Shown: positions 30,592-42,578 of the stretch, in pieces | Layout: every line of letters begins with the position of its first letter | Position numbering within the stretch: the stretch's first letter is position 1 | Program-made: the position numbers and the translations under genes | Notes under the pieces: model-generated | Told to the model about the DNA's origin: nothing | The model's input: only the letters and a program-made list of their open reading frames with translations | Database searches by the model: none | Assembly (NCBI RefSeq): GCF_003018235.1 | Contig: NZ_CP027437.1 | Reading direction: 5' to 3' (one strand) | Source of the DNA: Escherichia coli | GTDB lineage: Bacteria > Pseudomonadota > Gammaproteobacteria > Enterobacterales > Enterobacteriaceae | DNA: 64,000 nucleotides

Positions 30592-31080
30592 TTAGCGAAC
30601 AACCGCGTTGTCAATTTTCTCTTCCGCCTTCCAGACGCGGTACTTCACATCCACATTGTCTGGCGTATACACCACGATCGGCAGCTTGCTGTTGTAACGC
30701 AGCATTCCGGCATCGCCCAGATACGCGGTGACAAATTTCTTCTCTTTCTTGCCATCCGGGCAGGCCATCATCGTGGAAACCGGCGAGCTAACTTTATCAA
30801 AGACATAATAATCATAACCCCAGCCTTCCAGCGTTTTGCTTTCCAGCTTCCCGCCGAGACGATGCAAATTGCAGTCGACTTCCAGCGTCTGGCCGATTAA
30901 CAGTTCTACTTTCAGGGTAGATTCATCTTCTTGCGGGGTTAACTGAATCACCTGGCGCTTCATGCCTTTTTCAGCTTGTGGATAAGGCGCGATTTTTTCC
31001 AGTGGCTGGACGCTTTCTGCCGCCCAGGCGGAAGTGGTGGCGAAAGCGGCAAACAATACTGCAGGTAGAATGGTCTTCAT
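30592..31080 (-). CDS. eco: Ecotin (periplasmic serine protease inhibitor)
   Basis: 162 aa with a signal peptide. Sequence ends ...[27 protein letters not shown]. Confidence 0.95.
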
Positions 31081-31339
31081 TTTTTTGCTTTCCTTCTTTA
31101 TTTATAGGTTTTCACCGATGATGTCGCTGAAGGTTAACATATTCATCAGATTTATTAATTTGCTTTATGAATAACTTAAAGAACATTCAGACAATTTTAC
31201 CTGCTCTTTTAGTGTTAAATTCTGATGAGAGAGCAAACCAACAGAAATATTTCTGGTTAATTAATCGCTATATAAATATGTTTATAACCATTTGAAATGT
31301 GAGCAAAAGCCCGTTTTTGCCACGCTTCCCGCCACTCTT

Positions 31340-31374
31340 TTGATCCTGCTACAGGTTTTACCCCGATCGGGGTA
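31340..31374 (+). promoter_or_regulatory. napF promoter control region: FNR-like site plus NarP/NarL 7-2-7 site
   Basis: TTGATCCTGCTACA (31340-31353) resembles TTGAT-N4-ATCAA. The perfect palindrome TACCCCGATCGGGGTA (31359-31374) fits the NarP/NarL heptamer pair known for napF. Confidence 0.6.
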
Positions 31375-31487
31375 TGCATCTTTGACACATCCTTTAATAT
31401 CTTAGCGGCTATAAAAATGGCTTATTAATTATGCGGTTTATTTGGTCGCTCTCAATTTTCAGAGCGCGTTAATGATGGAAGGTCAAT

Positions 31488-31982
31488 GTGAAGATTGATG
31501 CATCCCGTCGGGGCATACTCACTGGTCGCTGGCGCAAAGCCAGTAACGGTATCCGTCCGCCCTGGTCCGGTGATGAATCTCATTTTCTGACCCATTGCAC
31601 CCGCTGCGACGCCTGTATTAATGCTTGTGAAAACAACATTCTGCAACGCGGCGCGGGCGGCTATCCGAGCGTTAATTTCAAAAATAACGAGTGCAGCTTC
31701 TGTTACGCCTGCGCGCAGGCTTGCCCCGAATCGCTATTTTCTCCGCGCCACACCAGGGCCTGGGATTTGCTGTTCACCATCGGGGAGGCGTGCCTGGCGT
31801 ATCAAACAGTTGAATGCCGCCGCTGTCAGGATAGCTGTGAGCCAATGGCAATTATCTTTCGCCCGACGCTCTCCGGGATCTACCAGCCGCAACTTAATAG
31901 CCAACTTTGCAACGGATGTGGAGCATGTGCAGCCAGCTGTCCGGTATCAGCCATAACTGCGGAGTATCTCCATGCACACTAA
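31488..31982 (+). CDS. napF: Ferredoxin-type protein NapF
   Basis: 164 aa with multiple CxxCxxCxxxCP 4Fe-4S motifs. First gene of the nap operon. Confidence 0.9.
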   Translation: MKIDASRRGILTGRWRKASNGIRPPWSGDESHFLTHCTRCDACINACENNILQRGAGGYPSVNFKNNECSFCYACAQACPESLFSPRHTRAWDLLFTIGEACLAYQTVECRRCQDSCEPMAIIFRPTLSGIYQPQLNSQLCNGCGACAASCPVSAITAEYLHAH

Positions 31983-32235
31983 CTGGCAAGTTTGCAGCCT
32001 GGTCGTGCAGGCCAAAAGCGAACGAATTTCAGACATCAGCACCCAACTGAACGCCTTTCCCGGCTGTGAAGTTGCTGTCAGCGACGCGCCGAGCGGTCAG
32101 TTGATTGTGGTGGTGGAAGCAGAAGACAGCGAAACGCTGATCCAAACCATTGAGTCAGTACGCAACGTAGAGGGCGTGCTGGCGGTGTCGCTGGTTTATC
32201 ACCAGCAGGAAGAGCAAGGTGAGGAAACACCATGA
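31972..32235 (+). CDS. napD: NapA signal-peptide chaperone NapD
   Basis: 87 aa. Overlaps napF and napA. Confidence 0.9.
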   Translation: MHTNWQVCSLVVQAKSERISDISTQLNAFPGCEVAVSDAPSGQLIVVVEAEDSETLIQTIESVRNVEGVLAVSLVYHQQEEQGEETP

Positions 32236-34718
32236 AACTCAGTCGTCGTAGCTTTATGAAAGCTAACGCCGTTGCGGCCGCTGCGGCGGCTGCCGGTCTC
32301 AGCGTGCCGGGCGTTGCCCGCGCCGTTGTTGGTCAGCAGGAAGCCATCAAATGGGATAAAGCGCCGTGCCGTTTCTGCGGTACTGGTTGCGGCGTTCTGG
32401 TCGGAACGCAGCAGGGGCGTGTGGTGGCCTGTCAGGGCGACCCGGACGCACCGGTTAACCGTGGTCTGAACTGCATTAAGGGCTATTTCCTGCCCAAAAT
32501 CATGTACGGTAAAGACCGTTTGACGCAGCCGCTTCTGCGTATGAAAAACGGTAAATATGACAAAGAAGGCGAATTTACCCCAATCACCTGGGATCAAGCC
32601 TTCGATGTGATGGAAGAGAAATTCAAAACCGCCCTGAAAGAAAAAGGGCCGGAATCGATCGGTATGTTCGGTTCTGGTCAGTGGACTATCTGGGAAGGTT
32701 ATGCCGCGTCCAAGCTGTTTAAAGCGGGATTCCGTTCGAACAACATCGACCCGAACGCGCGTCACTGTATGGCGTCGGCGGTAGTTGGCTTTATGCGTAC
32801 CTTTGGTATGGATGAGCCGATGGGCTGCTATGACGACATCGAGCAGGCTGATGCGTTTGTGCTGTGGGGCGCGAACATGGCGGAAATGCACCCGATCCTC
32901 TGGTCGCGCATCACTAACCGTCGTCTCTCTAACCAGAACGTCACCGTGGCGGTGCTTTCTACCTACCAGCATCGTAGCTTCGAGCTGGCGGATAACGGCA
33001 TCATCTTTACGCCGCAATCAGACCTGGTGATCCTGAACTACATCGCCAACTATATCATTCAAAACAATGCGATAAATCAGGACTTCTTTAGCAAACACGT
33101 TAACCTGCGCAAAGGGGCGACGGACATCGGCTACGGTTTACGTCCGACCCATCCGCTGGAAAAAGCAGCGAAGAATCCAGGTTCTGACGCCTCCGAACCG
33201 ATGAGCTTTGAAGATTACAAAGCCTTCGTTGCTGAGTATACGCTGGAAAAAACCGCCGAAATGACCGGCGTGCCGAAAGACCAGTTAGAACAACTGGCGC
33301 AGCTGTATGCCGATCCGAACAAGAAAGTCATCTCCTACTGGACGATGGGCTTCAACCAGCATACCCGTGGTGTATGGGCCAACAACCTGGTCTACAACCT
33401 GCACCTGCTGACCGGCAAAATTTCCAAGCCGGGTTGCGGTCCGTTCTCCCTGACCGGGCAGCCTTCCGCGTGTGGTACTGCGCGTGAAGTGGGCACCTTT
33501 GCTCACCGTCTGCCTGCGGACATGGTGGTAACTAACGAGAAACATCGTGATATCTGCGAGAAGAAGTGGAATATCCCGAGCGGCACCATTCCGGCGAAAA
33601 TCGGTCTGCATGCGGTAGCACAAGACCGTGCGCTGAAAGACGGCAAGCTGAATGTTTACTGGACCATGTGTACCAACAACATGCAGGCCGGGCCGAACAT
33701 CAATGAAGAGCGTATGCCGGGCTGGCGCGATCCGCGCAACTTCATCATCGTCTCCGATCCGTATCCGACAGTCAGTGCGCTGGCAGCGGACTTGATTCTG
33801 CCGACCGCAATGTGGGTAGAGAAAGAGGGGGCTTACGGTAACGCCGAACGCCGTACTCAATTCTGGCGTCAGCAGGTAAAGGCACCGGGCGAAGCGAAAT
33901 CGGATCTCTGGCAGTTAGTCCAGTTCTCCCGCCGCTTCAAAACCGAAGAAGTATGGCCGGAAGATCTGCTGGCGAAGAAACCGGAACTGCGTGGCAAAAC
34001 GCTGTACGAAGTTCTGTATGCCACCCCGGAAGTGAGCAAATACCCTGTATCCGAACTGGCGGAAGATCAGCTGAACGATGAATCCCGCGAGCTGGGCTTC
34101 TATCTGCAAAAAGGGCTGTTCGAAGAGTACGCATGGTTTGGTCGCGGTCACGGTCACGATCTGGCACCGTTCGATGATTACCACAAAGCACGCGGTCTGC
34201 GCTGGCCGGTAGTGAACGGTAAAGAAACGCAGTGGCGTTACAGCGAAGGTAACGACCCATACGTGAAAGCGGGCGAAGGCTACAAGTTCTACGGTAAACC
34301 GGATGGCAAAGCGGTGATCTTCGCGCTGCCGTTCGAACCGGCGGCGGAGGCACCGGATGAAGAGTACGACCTGTGGCTCTCTACCGGACGCGTCCTGGAG
34401 CACTGGCATACCGGCAGTATGACTCGCCGTGTACCGGAACTGCACCGTGCCTTCCCGGAAGCGGTCCTGTTTATTCACCCGTTGGATGCGAAAGCGCGCG
34501 ATCTGCGCCGTGGCGACAAAGTGAAAGTGGTTTCTCGCCGTGGCGAAGTGATCTCGATTGTCGAAACGCGCGGTCGTAACCGTCCGCCGCAGGGCCTGGT
34601 GTACATGCCGTTCTTCGACGCCGCACAGCTGGTTAACAAACTGACGCTGGATGCGACCGATCCGCTCTCGAAAGAGACGGACTTCAAGAAGTGCGCGGTC
34701 AAACTGGAGAAGGTGTAA
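32232..34718 (+). CDS. napA: Periplasmic nitrate reductase catalytic subunit NapA
   Basis: 828 aa with a Tat signal (SRRSFMK), an N-terminal 4Fe-4S CxxCxxxC motif and a molybdopterin oxidoreductase sequence. Confidence 0.95.
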   Translation: MKLSRRSFMKANAVAAAAAAAGLSVPGVARAVVGQQEAIKWDKAPCRFCGTGCGVLVGTQQGRVVACQGDPDAPVNRGLNCIKGYFLPKIMYGKDRLTQPLLRMKNGKYDKEGEFTPITWDQAFDVMEEKFKTALKEKGPESIGMFGSGQWTIWEGYAASKLFKAGFRSNNIDPNARHCMASAVVGFMRTFGMDEPMGCYDDIEQADAFVLWGANMAEMHPILWSRITNRRLSNQNVTVAVLSTYQHRSFELADNGIIFTPQSDLVILNYIANYIIQNNAINQDFFSKHVNLRKGATDIGYGLRPTHPLEKAAKNPGSDASEPMSFEDYKAFVAEYTLEKTAEMTGVPKDQLEQLAQLYADPNKKVISYWTMGFNQHTRGVWANNLVYNLHLLTGKISKPGCGPFSLTGQPSACGTAREVGTFAHRLPADMVVTNEKHRDICEKKWNIPSGTIPAKIGLHAVAQDRALKDGKLNVYWTMCTNNMQAGPNINEERMPGWRDPRNFIIVSDPYPTVSALAADLILPTAMWVEKEGAYGNAERRTQFWRQQVKAPGEAKSDLWQLVQFSRRFKTEEVWPEDLLAKKPELRGKTLYEVLYATPEVSKYPVSELAEDQLNDESRELGFYLQKGLFEEYAWFGRGHGHDLAPFDDYHKARGLRWPVVNGKETQWRYSEGNDPYVKAGEGYKFYGKPDGKAVIFALPFEPAAEAPDEEYDLWLSTGRVLEHWHTGSMTRRVPELHRAFPEAVLFIHPLDAKARDLRRGDKVKVVSRRGEVISIVETRGRNRPPQGLVYMPFFDAAQLVNKLTLDATDPLSKETDFKKCAVKLEKV

Positions 34719-34724
34719 GCCATT

Positions 34725-35420
34725 ATGTCCCGGTCAGCGAAACCTCAAAATGGTCGCCGCCGCTTTCTGCGCGATGTCGTTCGCACAGCTGGCGGGCTGG
34801 CTGCCGTGGGTGTGGCGCTGGGGTTACAACAGCAAACCGCACGCGCATCTGGCGTGCGGTTGCGCCCGCCCGGAGCCATAAACGAGAACGCCTTTGCCAG
34901 TGCCTGTGTGCGTTGCGGTCAGTGTGTTCAGGCTTGCCCTTATGACACCTTAAAACTGGCGACGCTGGCTTCTGGCCTGTCGGCGGGCACGCCATATTTT
35001 GTCGCACGGGATATTCCTTGCGAAATGTGTGAGGACATTCCGTGCGCCAAAGTGTGCCCGAGCGGTGCGCTGGATCGTGAGATCGAATCGATCGACGACG
35101 CGCGGATGGGGCTGGCGGTACTGGTGGACCAGGAAAACTGTCTCAACTTTCAGGGGCTGCGCTGCGATGTTTGTTATCGCGAATGCCCGAAAATTGATGA
35201 GGCAATCACCCTGGAGCTGGAGCGCAACACGCGTACCGGTAAGCACGCCCGCTTTCTGCCGACGGTTCACAGCGACGCCTGTACCGGCTGCGGTAAGTGC
35301 GAAAAAGTGTGCGTGCTGGAACAACCGGCAATCAAGGTGTTACCGCTGTCACTGGCGAAAGGGGAGTTAGGTCACCATTACCGCTTCGGCTGGCTGGAGG
35401 GGAACAATGGCAAATCGTAA
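34725..35420 (+). CDS. napG: Ferredoxin-type protein NapG
   Basis: 231 aa with a Tat-like signal (GRRRFL) and four 4Fe-4S motifs. Confidence 0.9.
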
Positions 35421-36270
35421 ACGTGACGCCGGGCGCGAGGCGCTGGAGAAAAAAGGCTGGTGGCGCAGCCACCGTTGGCTGGTGTTACGTCGCCTTTGTC
35501 AGTTCTTCGTGCTGGGGATGTTTTTGAGCGGTCCGTGGTTTGGTGTGTGGATCTTGCACGGCAACTACAGCAGTAGCCTGTTATTCGACACCGTTCCGCT
35601 GACCGATCCGCTGATGACGCTGCAAAGTCTTGCCAGCGGTCATCTGCCTGCCACGGTGGCGTTGACCGGTGCGGTAATTATCACCGTGCTCTACGCCCTG
35701 GCAGGAAAGCGATTATTTTGCAGCTGGGTCTGCCCGCTGAACCCGATTACCGACTTAGCGAACTGGTTACGCAGGCGCTTTGACCTCAATCAGTCTGCGA
35801 CGATCCCTCGCCACATTCGCTACGTGCTGTTGGTGGTCATTCTGCTGGGATCGGCCTTAACCGGCACACTCATCTGGGAATGGATCAACCCCGTTTCCCT
35901 GATGGGGCGCAGTCTGGTAATGGGATTCGGCAGCGGCGCGCTGCTTATTCTCGCGCTGTTTTTATTTGATCTACTGGTCGTTGAACACGGCTGGTGCGGG
36001 CACATTTGTCCGGTTGGCGCGCTGTATGGCGTGCTGGGTAGCAAAGGTGTCATTACCGTTGCGGCCACCGATCGGCAGAAATGTAACCGCTGTATGGATT
36101 GTTTTCATGTTTGCCCGGAACCGCATGTGCTACGTGCCCCGGTGCTGGATGAACAAAGCCCGGTGCAGGTCACCAGCCGCGATTGCATGACGTGCGGTCG
36201 CTGCGTGGATGTCTGTTCTGAGGATGTATTTACAATAACTACACGATGGAGTTCGGGAGCGAAATCATGA
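35407..36270 (+). CDS. napH: Membrane ferredoxin-type protein NapH
   Basis: 287 aa with 4 TM segments and C-terminal CxxCxxC clusters. Confidence 0.9.
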
Positions 36271-36716
36271 AAAGCCATGACCTGAAGAAAGCGCTGTGTC
36301 AATGGACGGCGATGCTGGCCCTGGTGGTGAGCGGCGCGGTTTGGGCGGCTAATGGCGTCGATTTTAGCCAGTCGCCGGAAGTATCCGGGACGCAGGAAGG
36401 GGCCATTCGGATGCCAAAAGAGCAGGATCGGATGCCGCTGAACTATGTGAATCAGCCGCCAATGATCCCGCATAGCGTTGAAGGTTATCAGGTAACGACC
36501 AATACCAACCGCTGCTTGCAGTGCCACGGTGTCGAAAGCTATCGCACCACTGGCGCGCCGCGCATCAGTCCTACTCACTTTATGGACAGCGACGGCAAAG
36601 TGGGCGCGGAAGTGGCTCCACGTCGTTACTTCTGTCTGCAATGTCACGTGCCGCAGGCTGATACCGCGCCAATCGTGGGGAATACCTTTACCCCGTCAAA
36701 AGGTTACGGGAAATAA
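36267..36716 (+). CDS. napB: Diheme cytochrome c NapB
   Basis: 149 aa counted from MKSHDLKK. Two CxxCH motifs (CLQCH twice). ATGA overlap with the napH stop. Confidence 0.9.
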   Translation: MKSHDLKKALCQWTAMLALVVSGAVWAANGVDFSQSPEVSGTQEGAIRMPKEQDRMPLNYVNQPPMIPHSVEGYQVTTNTNRCLQCHGVESYRTTGAPRISPTHFMDSDGKVGAEVAPRRYFCLQCHVPQADTAPIVGNTFTPSKGYGK

Positions 36717-36725
36717 GAGGTTATT

Positions 36726-37328
36726 ATGGGAAATTCTGACCGTAAGCCTGGTCTGATTAAGCGCCTGTGGAAATGGTGGCGTACCCCCAGCCATCTGGCG
36801 CTGGGGACGCTGCTGTTGATCGGCTTTGTTGGCGGCATCGTCTTCTGGGGCGGCTTTAACACCGGGATGGAAAAAGCCAATACCGAAGAGTTCTGCATTA
36901 GCTGCCACGAAATGCGTAACACGGTGTATCAGGAATACATGGATTCCGTGCACTACAACAACCGTAGCGGCGTCCGTGCGACCTGTCCGGATTGTCACGT
37001 TCCGCACGAGTTTGTGCCGAAGATGATACGCAAGCTCAAAGCAAGTAAAGAGCTGTATGGTAAAATTTTTGGCGTTATTGACACGCCGCAGAAATTTGAA
37101 GCTCATCGCCTGACGATGGCACAGAATGAGTGGCGGCGCATGAAGGACAATAACTCGCAGGAGTGCCGTAACTGTCACAACTTCGAGTATATGGATACAA
37201 CCGCCCAGAAATCGGTTGCCGCGAAGATGCATGACCAGGCGGTGAAAGATGGGCAAACCTGTATTGATTGCCATAAAGGGATAGCGCACAAGCTGCCCGA
37301 TATGCGCGAAGTCGAGCCAGGTTTTTAA
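36726..37328 (+). CDS. napC: Tetraheme cytochrome c NapC (NapC/NirT family)
   Basis: 200 aa with an N-terminal TM anchor and four CxxCH motifs. Confidence 0.95.
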   Translation: MGNSDRKPGLIKRLWKWWRTPSHLALGTLLLIGFVGGIVFWGGFNTGMEKANTEEFCISCHEMRNTVYQEYMDSVHYNNRSGVRATCPDCHVPHEFVPKMIRKLKASKELYGKIFGVIDTPQKFEAHRLTMAQNEWRRMKDNNSQECRNCHNFEYMDTTAQKSVAAKMHDQAVKDGQTCIDCHKGIAHKLPDMREVEPGF

Positions 37329-37340
37329 CAGGGTTATTGC

Positions 37341-37964
37341 GTGGGTATGCTTGAAGCCAGAGAGTTACTTTGCGAGCGGGATGAACGAACCTTATTTAGT
37401 GGCTTGTCATTTACGCTGAACGCAGGAGAGTGGGTACAAATCACCGGTAGCAACGGCGCGGGGAAGACAACGCTTCTCCGTTTGCTGACGGGGTTGTCTC
37501 GCCCTGATGCGGGAGACGTTCTCTGGCAAGGGCAGCCCTTGCATCAGGTACGCGACAGCTACCATCAAAACCTGTTATGGATAGGCCATCAGCCGGGGAT
37601 CAAAACCCGGCTGACGGCGTTAGAAAATCTGCACTTTTATCATCGCGATGGCGATACCGCACAATGTCTGGAAGCCCTGGCGCAGGCCGGGCTTGCCGGA
37701 TTCGAAGATATTCCGGTAAATCAACTTTCTGCCGGGCAACAACGCCGCGTCGCTTTAGCGCGTCTGTGGTTGACCCGTGCCACGTTATGGATCCTCGACG
37801 AGCCTTTTACCGCGATTGACGTTAACGGCGTCGATCGTCTGACCCAGCGTATGGCGCAGCATACGGAGCAGAGGGGGATTGTGATTCTGACTACCCACCA
37901 GCCGCTCAACGTTGCTGAAAGTAAAATTCGCCGCATTTCACTGACGCAAACGAGGGCCGCATGA
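37341..37964 (+). CDS. ccmA: Heme exporter ATP-binding protein CcmA
   Basis: 207 aa with a GTG start, Walker [15 protein letters not shown] and ILDEP. Confidence 0.9.
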   Translation: MGMLEARELLCERDERTLFSGLSFTLNAGEWVQITGSNGAGKTTLLRLLTGLSRPDAGDVLWQGQPLHQVRDSYHQNLLWIGHQPGIKTRLTALENLHFYHRDGDTAQCLEALAQAGLAGFEDIPVNQLSAGQQRRVALARLWLTRATLWILDEPFTAIDVNGVDRLTQRMAQHTEQRGIVILTTHQPLNVAESKIRRISLTQTRAA

Positions 37965-38623
37965 TGTTCTGGCGCATTTTCCGTCTTGAGCTGCGCGTAG
38001 CGTTTCGCCATAGCGCCGAAATCGCCAACCCGCTGTGGTTCTTCCTGATTGTCATTACCCTTTTTCCGCTCAGTATCGGTCCGGAGCCGCAACTGCTGGC
38101 GCGTATTGCACCGGGCATTATCTGGGTTGCTGCGCTGCTTTCATCCTTGCTGGCGCTGGAACGACTGTTCCGTGACGATTTGCAGGACGGCAGTCTTGAA
38201 CAATTGATGTTGTTGCCGTTACCCTTGCCCGCCGTTGTGCTGGCGAAGGTGATGGCGCACTGGATGGTAACCGGTCTGCCGTTACTCATCCTTTCGCCAC
38301 TGGTAGCAATGCTACTGGGAATGGATGTTTATGGCTGGCAAGTGATGGCGCTGACGCTGCTGCTGGGAACGCCTACGCTTGGCTTTCTCGGTGCACCGGG
38401 CGTGGCGCTGACAGTGGGACTTAAGCGCGGTGGTGTGCTGCTCAGCATACTGGTGTTACCGCTGACTATCCCATTACTCATCTTTGCCACCGCCGCGATG
38501 GACGCGGCTTCCATGCATTTGCCCGTTGACGGGTATCTGGCAATTTTAGGCGCGTTGCTGGCAGGCACCGCGACATTAAGTCCTTTTGCGACGGCGGCAG
38601 CGTTACGAATCAGCATTCAATAA
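37961..38623 (+). CDS. ccmB: Heme exporter membrane protein CcmB
   Basis: 220-aa polytopic membrane protein. Overlaps the ccmA stop. Confidence 0.9.
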
Positions 38624-38664
38624 CGCTGGATTACTGATTTTTGTTCGAGTCTGGTATCGAAACT

Positions 38665-39402
38665 ATGTGGAAAACACTGCATCAACTGGCGATCCCACCA
38701 CGGCTGTATCAAATCTGTGGCTGGTTTATACCGTGGCTGGCAATTGCCAGTGTGGTCGTGCTTACCGTCGGCTGGATCTGGGGATTCGGCTTTGCTCCGG
38801 CTGATTATCAACAGGGAAATAGCTATCGCATTATCTACCTGCATGTGCCTGCGGCGATCTGGTCGATGGGCATTTATGCATCAATGGCGGTGGCGGCGTT
38901 TATTGGCCTTGTCTGGCAGATGAAAATGGCCAACCTGGCGGTGGCGGCGATGGCCCCCATTGGTGCCGTGTTTACCTTTATTGCCCTGGTTACCGGCTCT
39001 GCATGGGGAAAACCGATGTGGGGCACCTGGTGGGTATGGGATGCACGTCTGACTTCTGAACTGGTGCTGCTGTTTTTGTATGTGGGTGTGATTGCCCTGT
39101 GGCACGCCTTCGACGACCGCCGTCTGGCGGGCCGTGCGGCAGGTATCCTGGTGCTGATTGGCGTGGTGAATCTGCCGATTATTCATTACTCCGTGGAGTG
39201 GTGGAACACCCTGCATCAGGGATCAACGCGGATGCAGCAAAGTATCGATCCGGCGATGCGTTCGCCGCTGCGCTGGTCGATTTTTGGCTTCCTGCTGCTG
39301 TCTGCCACGCTGACGCTGATGCGGATGCGTAATTTGATTTTGCTGATGGAAAAACGCCGTCCGTGGGTGAGTGAACTGATACTGAAAAGAGGCCGTAAAT
39401 GA
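38665..39402 (+). CDS. ccmC: Heme exporter protein CcmC
   Basis: 245 aa counted from MWKTLHQL. Contains the WGxxWxWD tryptophan-rich motif (WGTWWVWDARL). Confidence 0.9.
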   Translation: MWKTLHQLAIPPRLYQICGWFIPWLAIASVVVLTVGWIWGFGFAPADYQQGNSYRIIYLHVPAAIWSMGIYASMAVAAFIGLVWQMKMANLAVAAMAPIGAVFTFIALVTGSAWGKPMWGTWWVWDARLTSELVLLFLYVGVIALWHAFDDRRLAGRAAGILVLIGVVNLPIIHYSVEWWNTLHQGSTRMQQSIDPAMRSPLRWSIFGFLLLSATLTLMRMRNLILLMEKRRPWVSELILKRGRK

Positions 39403-39608
39403 CCCCTGCATTTGCTTCCTGGAATGAATTTTTCGCAATGGGCGGTTACGCCTTTTTTGTCTGGCTGGCGGTAGCGATGACCGTTATTCCGCTGGTGATT
39501 TTAGTCGTGCACTCGGTGATGCAGCATCGCGCAATTCTGCGTGGCGTGGCGCAACAGCGGGCGCGTGAGGCGCGTTTACGTGCTGCGCAACAGCAGGAGG
39601 CTGCATGA
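39399..39608 (+). CDS. ccmD: Heme exporter protein CcmD
   Basis: 69 aa with a single TM segment. Overlapping stops and starts. Confidence 0.85.
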
Positions 39609-40084
39609 ATATTCGCCGTAAAAACCGCTTGTGGATTGCCTGTGCCGTTTTGGCGGGGCTGGCGCTTACTATCGGTCTGGTGCTGTATGCGCTGCGCTCG
39701 AATATCGATCTCTTTTATACGCCGGGGGAAATTCTCTACGGCAAGCGTGAAACTCAGCAGATGCCGGAAGTCGGTCAGCGTCTGCGCGTTGGCGGGATGG
39801 TGATGCCGGGTAGCGTGCAGCGCGATCCCAATTCGCTGAAAGTGACCTTCACCATTTACGATGCTGAAGGCTCAGTGGATGTTTCTTACGAAGGCATTTT
39901 GCCGGATCTGTTCCGTGAAGGGCAGGGCGTTGTGGTGCAGGGCGAGCTGGAAAAAGGCAATCATATCCTCGCGAAAGAAGTGCTGGCGAAACATGATGAA
40001 AACTACACGCCGCCAGAAGTTGAGAAAGCGATGGAAGCTAACCACCGTCGCCCGGCGAGTGTTTATAAGGACCCAGCATCATGA
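39605..40084 (+). CDS. ccmE: Heme chaperone CcmE
   Basis: 159 aa with a TM anchor and the conserved heme-binding His context ([12 protein letters not shown]). Confidence 0.9.
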
Positions 40085-42024
40085 TGCCAGAAATTGGTAA
40101 CGGGCTGCTGTGCCTGGCGTTAGGGATTGCGCTGCTGCTGTCCGTGTATCCGCTATGGGGCGTGGCGCGCGGAGATGCGCGCATGATGGCGTCTTCCCGC
40201 TTGTTTGCCTGGCTGCTGTTTATGTCTGTAGCTGGCGCATTTCTGGTGCTGGTCAATGCTTTCGTGGTCAACGACTTTACCGTCACCTATGTTGCCAGCA
40301 ACTCCAATACCCAGCTTCCGGTGTGGTATCGCGTGGCGGCTACCTGGGGCGCGCATGAAGGTTCGCTTCTGCTGTGGGTGCTGCTGATGAGCGGCTGGAC
40401 CTTTGCGGTGGCGATTTTTAGTCAGCGTATTCCGCTGGATATTGTGGCCCGCGTACTGGCGATAATGGGGATGGTCAGTGTCGGCTTTTTGCTGTTCATT
40501 CTATTTACCTCTAACCCATTCTCACGCACGCTTCCGAATTTCCCGATTGAAGGGCGCGATCTTAACCCGCTGTTGCAGGATCCGGGGCTGATCTTCCATC
40601 CGCCTCTGCTCTATATGGGGTACGTCGGTTTCTCGGTGGCGTTTGCTTTCGCCATTGCTTCTTTGTTGAGTGGGCGTCTGGACAGCACTTATGCGCGTTT
40701 TACTCGTCCGTGGACGCTGGCAGCGTGGATTTTCCTGACGCTCGGCATTGTGCTTGGTTCCGCATGGGCCTATTACGAACTCGGCTGGGGTGGCTGGTGG
40801 TTCTGGGATCCGGTAGAAAACGCCTCGTTTATGCCGTGGCTGGTGGGGACTGCGCTGATGCACTCACTGGCGGTCACTGAACAACGCGCCAGCTTCAAAG
40901 CGTGGACATTACTGCTGGCAATCAGTGCCTTCTCGTTGTGTCTGCTGGGGACTTTCCTGGTGCGTTCCGGCGTGCTGGTATCGGTACACGCGTTTGCCTC
41001 TGATCCGGCACGCGGTATGTTTATCCTCGCCTTTATGGTGCTGGTGATTGGCGGTTCGCTGCTGCTGTTTGCCGCGCGTGGACACAAAGTTCGTTCACGC
41101 GTAAACAATGCGCTGTGGTCGCGGGAATCTCTGCTGTTAGCGAACAACGTTTTGCTGGTCGCCGCGATGCTGGTGGTGTTGCTGGGGACGCTGCTGCCGC
41201 TGGTGCACAAGCAACTGGGACTGGGCAGTATTTCGATTGGCGAACCGTTCTTCAACACCATGTTTACCTGGCTGATGGTGCCGTTTGCGCTACTGCTGGG
41301 TGTCGGTCCTCTGGTGCGCTGGGGGCGCGATCGCCCACGTAAAATCCGCAATTTATTGATTATCGCCTTCATCTCAACGCTGGTGCTGTCGCTGCTGTTG
41401 CCGTGGCTGTTCGAAAGCAAAGTTGTGGCGATGACGGTGCTCGGCCTGGCAATGGCCTGCTGGATTGCGGTACTGGCAATTGCGGAAGCTGCGCTGCGTA
41501 TTTCACGCGGCACGAAAACCACCTTCAGTTATTGGGGGATGGTGGCGGCTCACCTGGGGCTGGCAGTGACAATTGTTGGTATTGCCTTTAGCCAGAACTA
41601 TAGCGTTGAGCGTGATGTGCGCATGAAGTCCGGCGATAGTGTCGATATTCATGAATATCGCTTCACCTTCCGTGATGTCAAAGAGGTGACTGGCCCGAAC
41701 TGGCGTGGCGGTGTGGCGACTATCGGCGTAACGCGCGATGGCAAGCCGGAAACGGTGCTGTATGCGGAAAAACGTTATTACAACACTGCCGGGTCGATGA
41801 TGACCGAAGCGGCGATTGACGGCGGCATCACGCGTGACCTGTACGCCGCGCTCGGTGAAGAGCTGGAAAACGGCGCGTGGGCTGTGCGTCTTTACTACAA
41901 ACCATTTGTTCGCTGGATTTGGGCGGGCGGGCTGATGATGGCGTTGGGCGGACTGCTGTGTCTGTTTGATCCTCGCTATCGTAAGCGCGTGACCCCGCAG
42001 AAAACTGCGCCGGAGGCTGTATGA
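40081..42024 (+). CDS. ccmF: Cytochrome c heme lyase subunit CcmF
   Basis: 647-aa polytopic protein with a [12 protein letters not shown] motif. Confidence 0.95.
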
Positions 42025-42578
42025 AGCGCAAAGTATTGTTAATTCCGTTGATTATCTTCCTGGCGATTGCCGCGGCGCTACTGTGGCAGCTGGCGCGTAA
42101 TGCCGAAGGGGATGATCCGACCAATCTGGAATCGGCGCTCATTGGCAAGCCAGTGCCGAAGTTTCGCCTCGAATCACTGGACAATCCGGGGCAGTTTTAT
42201 CAGGCGGATGTGCTGACTCAGGGCAAACCAGTGCTGCTTAACGTCTGGGCGACCTGGTGTCCGACCTGCCGTGCGGAACATCAATATCTGAATCAGCTTT
42301 CTGCGCAGGGCATCCGCGTGGTCGGCATGAACTATAAAGACGATCGCCAGAAGGCAATCAGCTGGCTGAAAGAGCTGGGCAATCCTTACGCACTAAGCCT
42401 GTTTGATGGCGACGGCATGTTAGGGCTGGATCTCGGTGTCTATGGCGCGCCAGAAACGTTCCTTATTGACGGCAACGGCATCATTCGCTATCGCCATGCG
42501 GGCGATCTCAATCCTCGCGTCTGGGAAGAAGAGATCAAGCCGCTGTGGGAGAAATACAGTAAGGAGGCCGCACAATGA
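42021..42578 (+). CDS. ccmG: Thiol:disulfide interchange protein CcmG/DsbE
   Basis: 185 aa with a thioredoxin-fold WCPTC motif. Confidence 0.95.
   Translation: MKRKVLLIPLIIFLAIAAALLWQLARNAEGDDPTNLESALIGKPVPKFRLESLDNPGQFYQADVLTQGKPVLLNVWATWCPTCRAEHQYLNQLSAQGIRVVGMNYKDDRQKAISWLKELGNPYALSLFDGDGMLGLDLGVYGAPETFLIDGNGIIRYRHAGDLNPRVWEEEIKPLWEKYSKEAAQ

Noticed and set aside
32199-33017. 272-aa ORF antisense to napA, and similar antisense ORFs at 33285..33860, 33915..34478, 36105..36647 and 36696..37289
   Set aside because: All lie fully inside well-supported nap genes on the opposite strand. Their products are Arg-rich, as is typical of GC-rich antisense frames.
40773-41522. 249-aa ORF antisense to ccmF, and 5200..5685 antisense to yfaS
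   Set aside because: They sit inside convincing genes on the other strand, with no independent signals.
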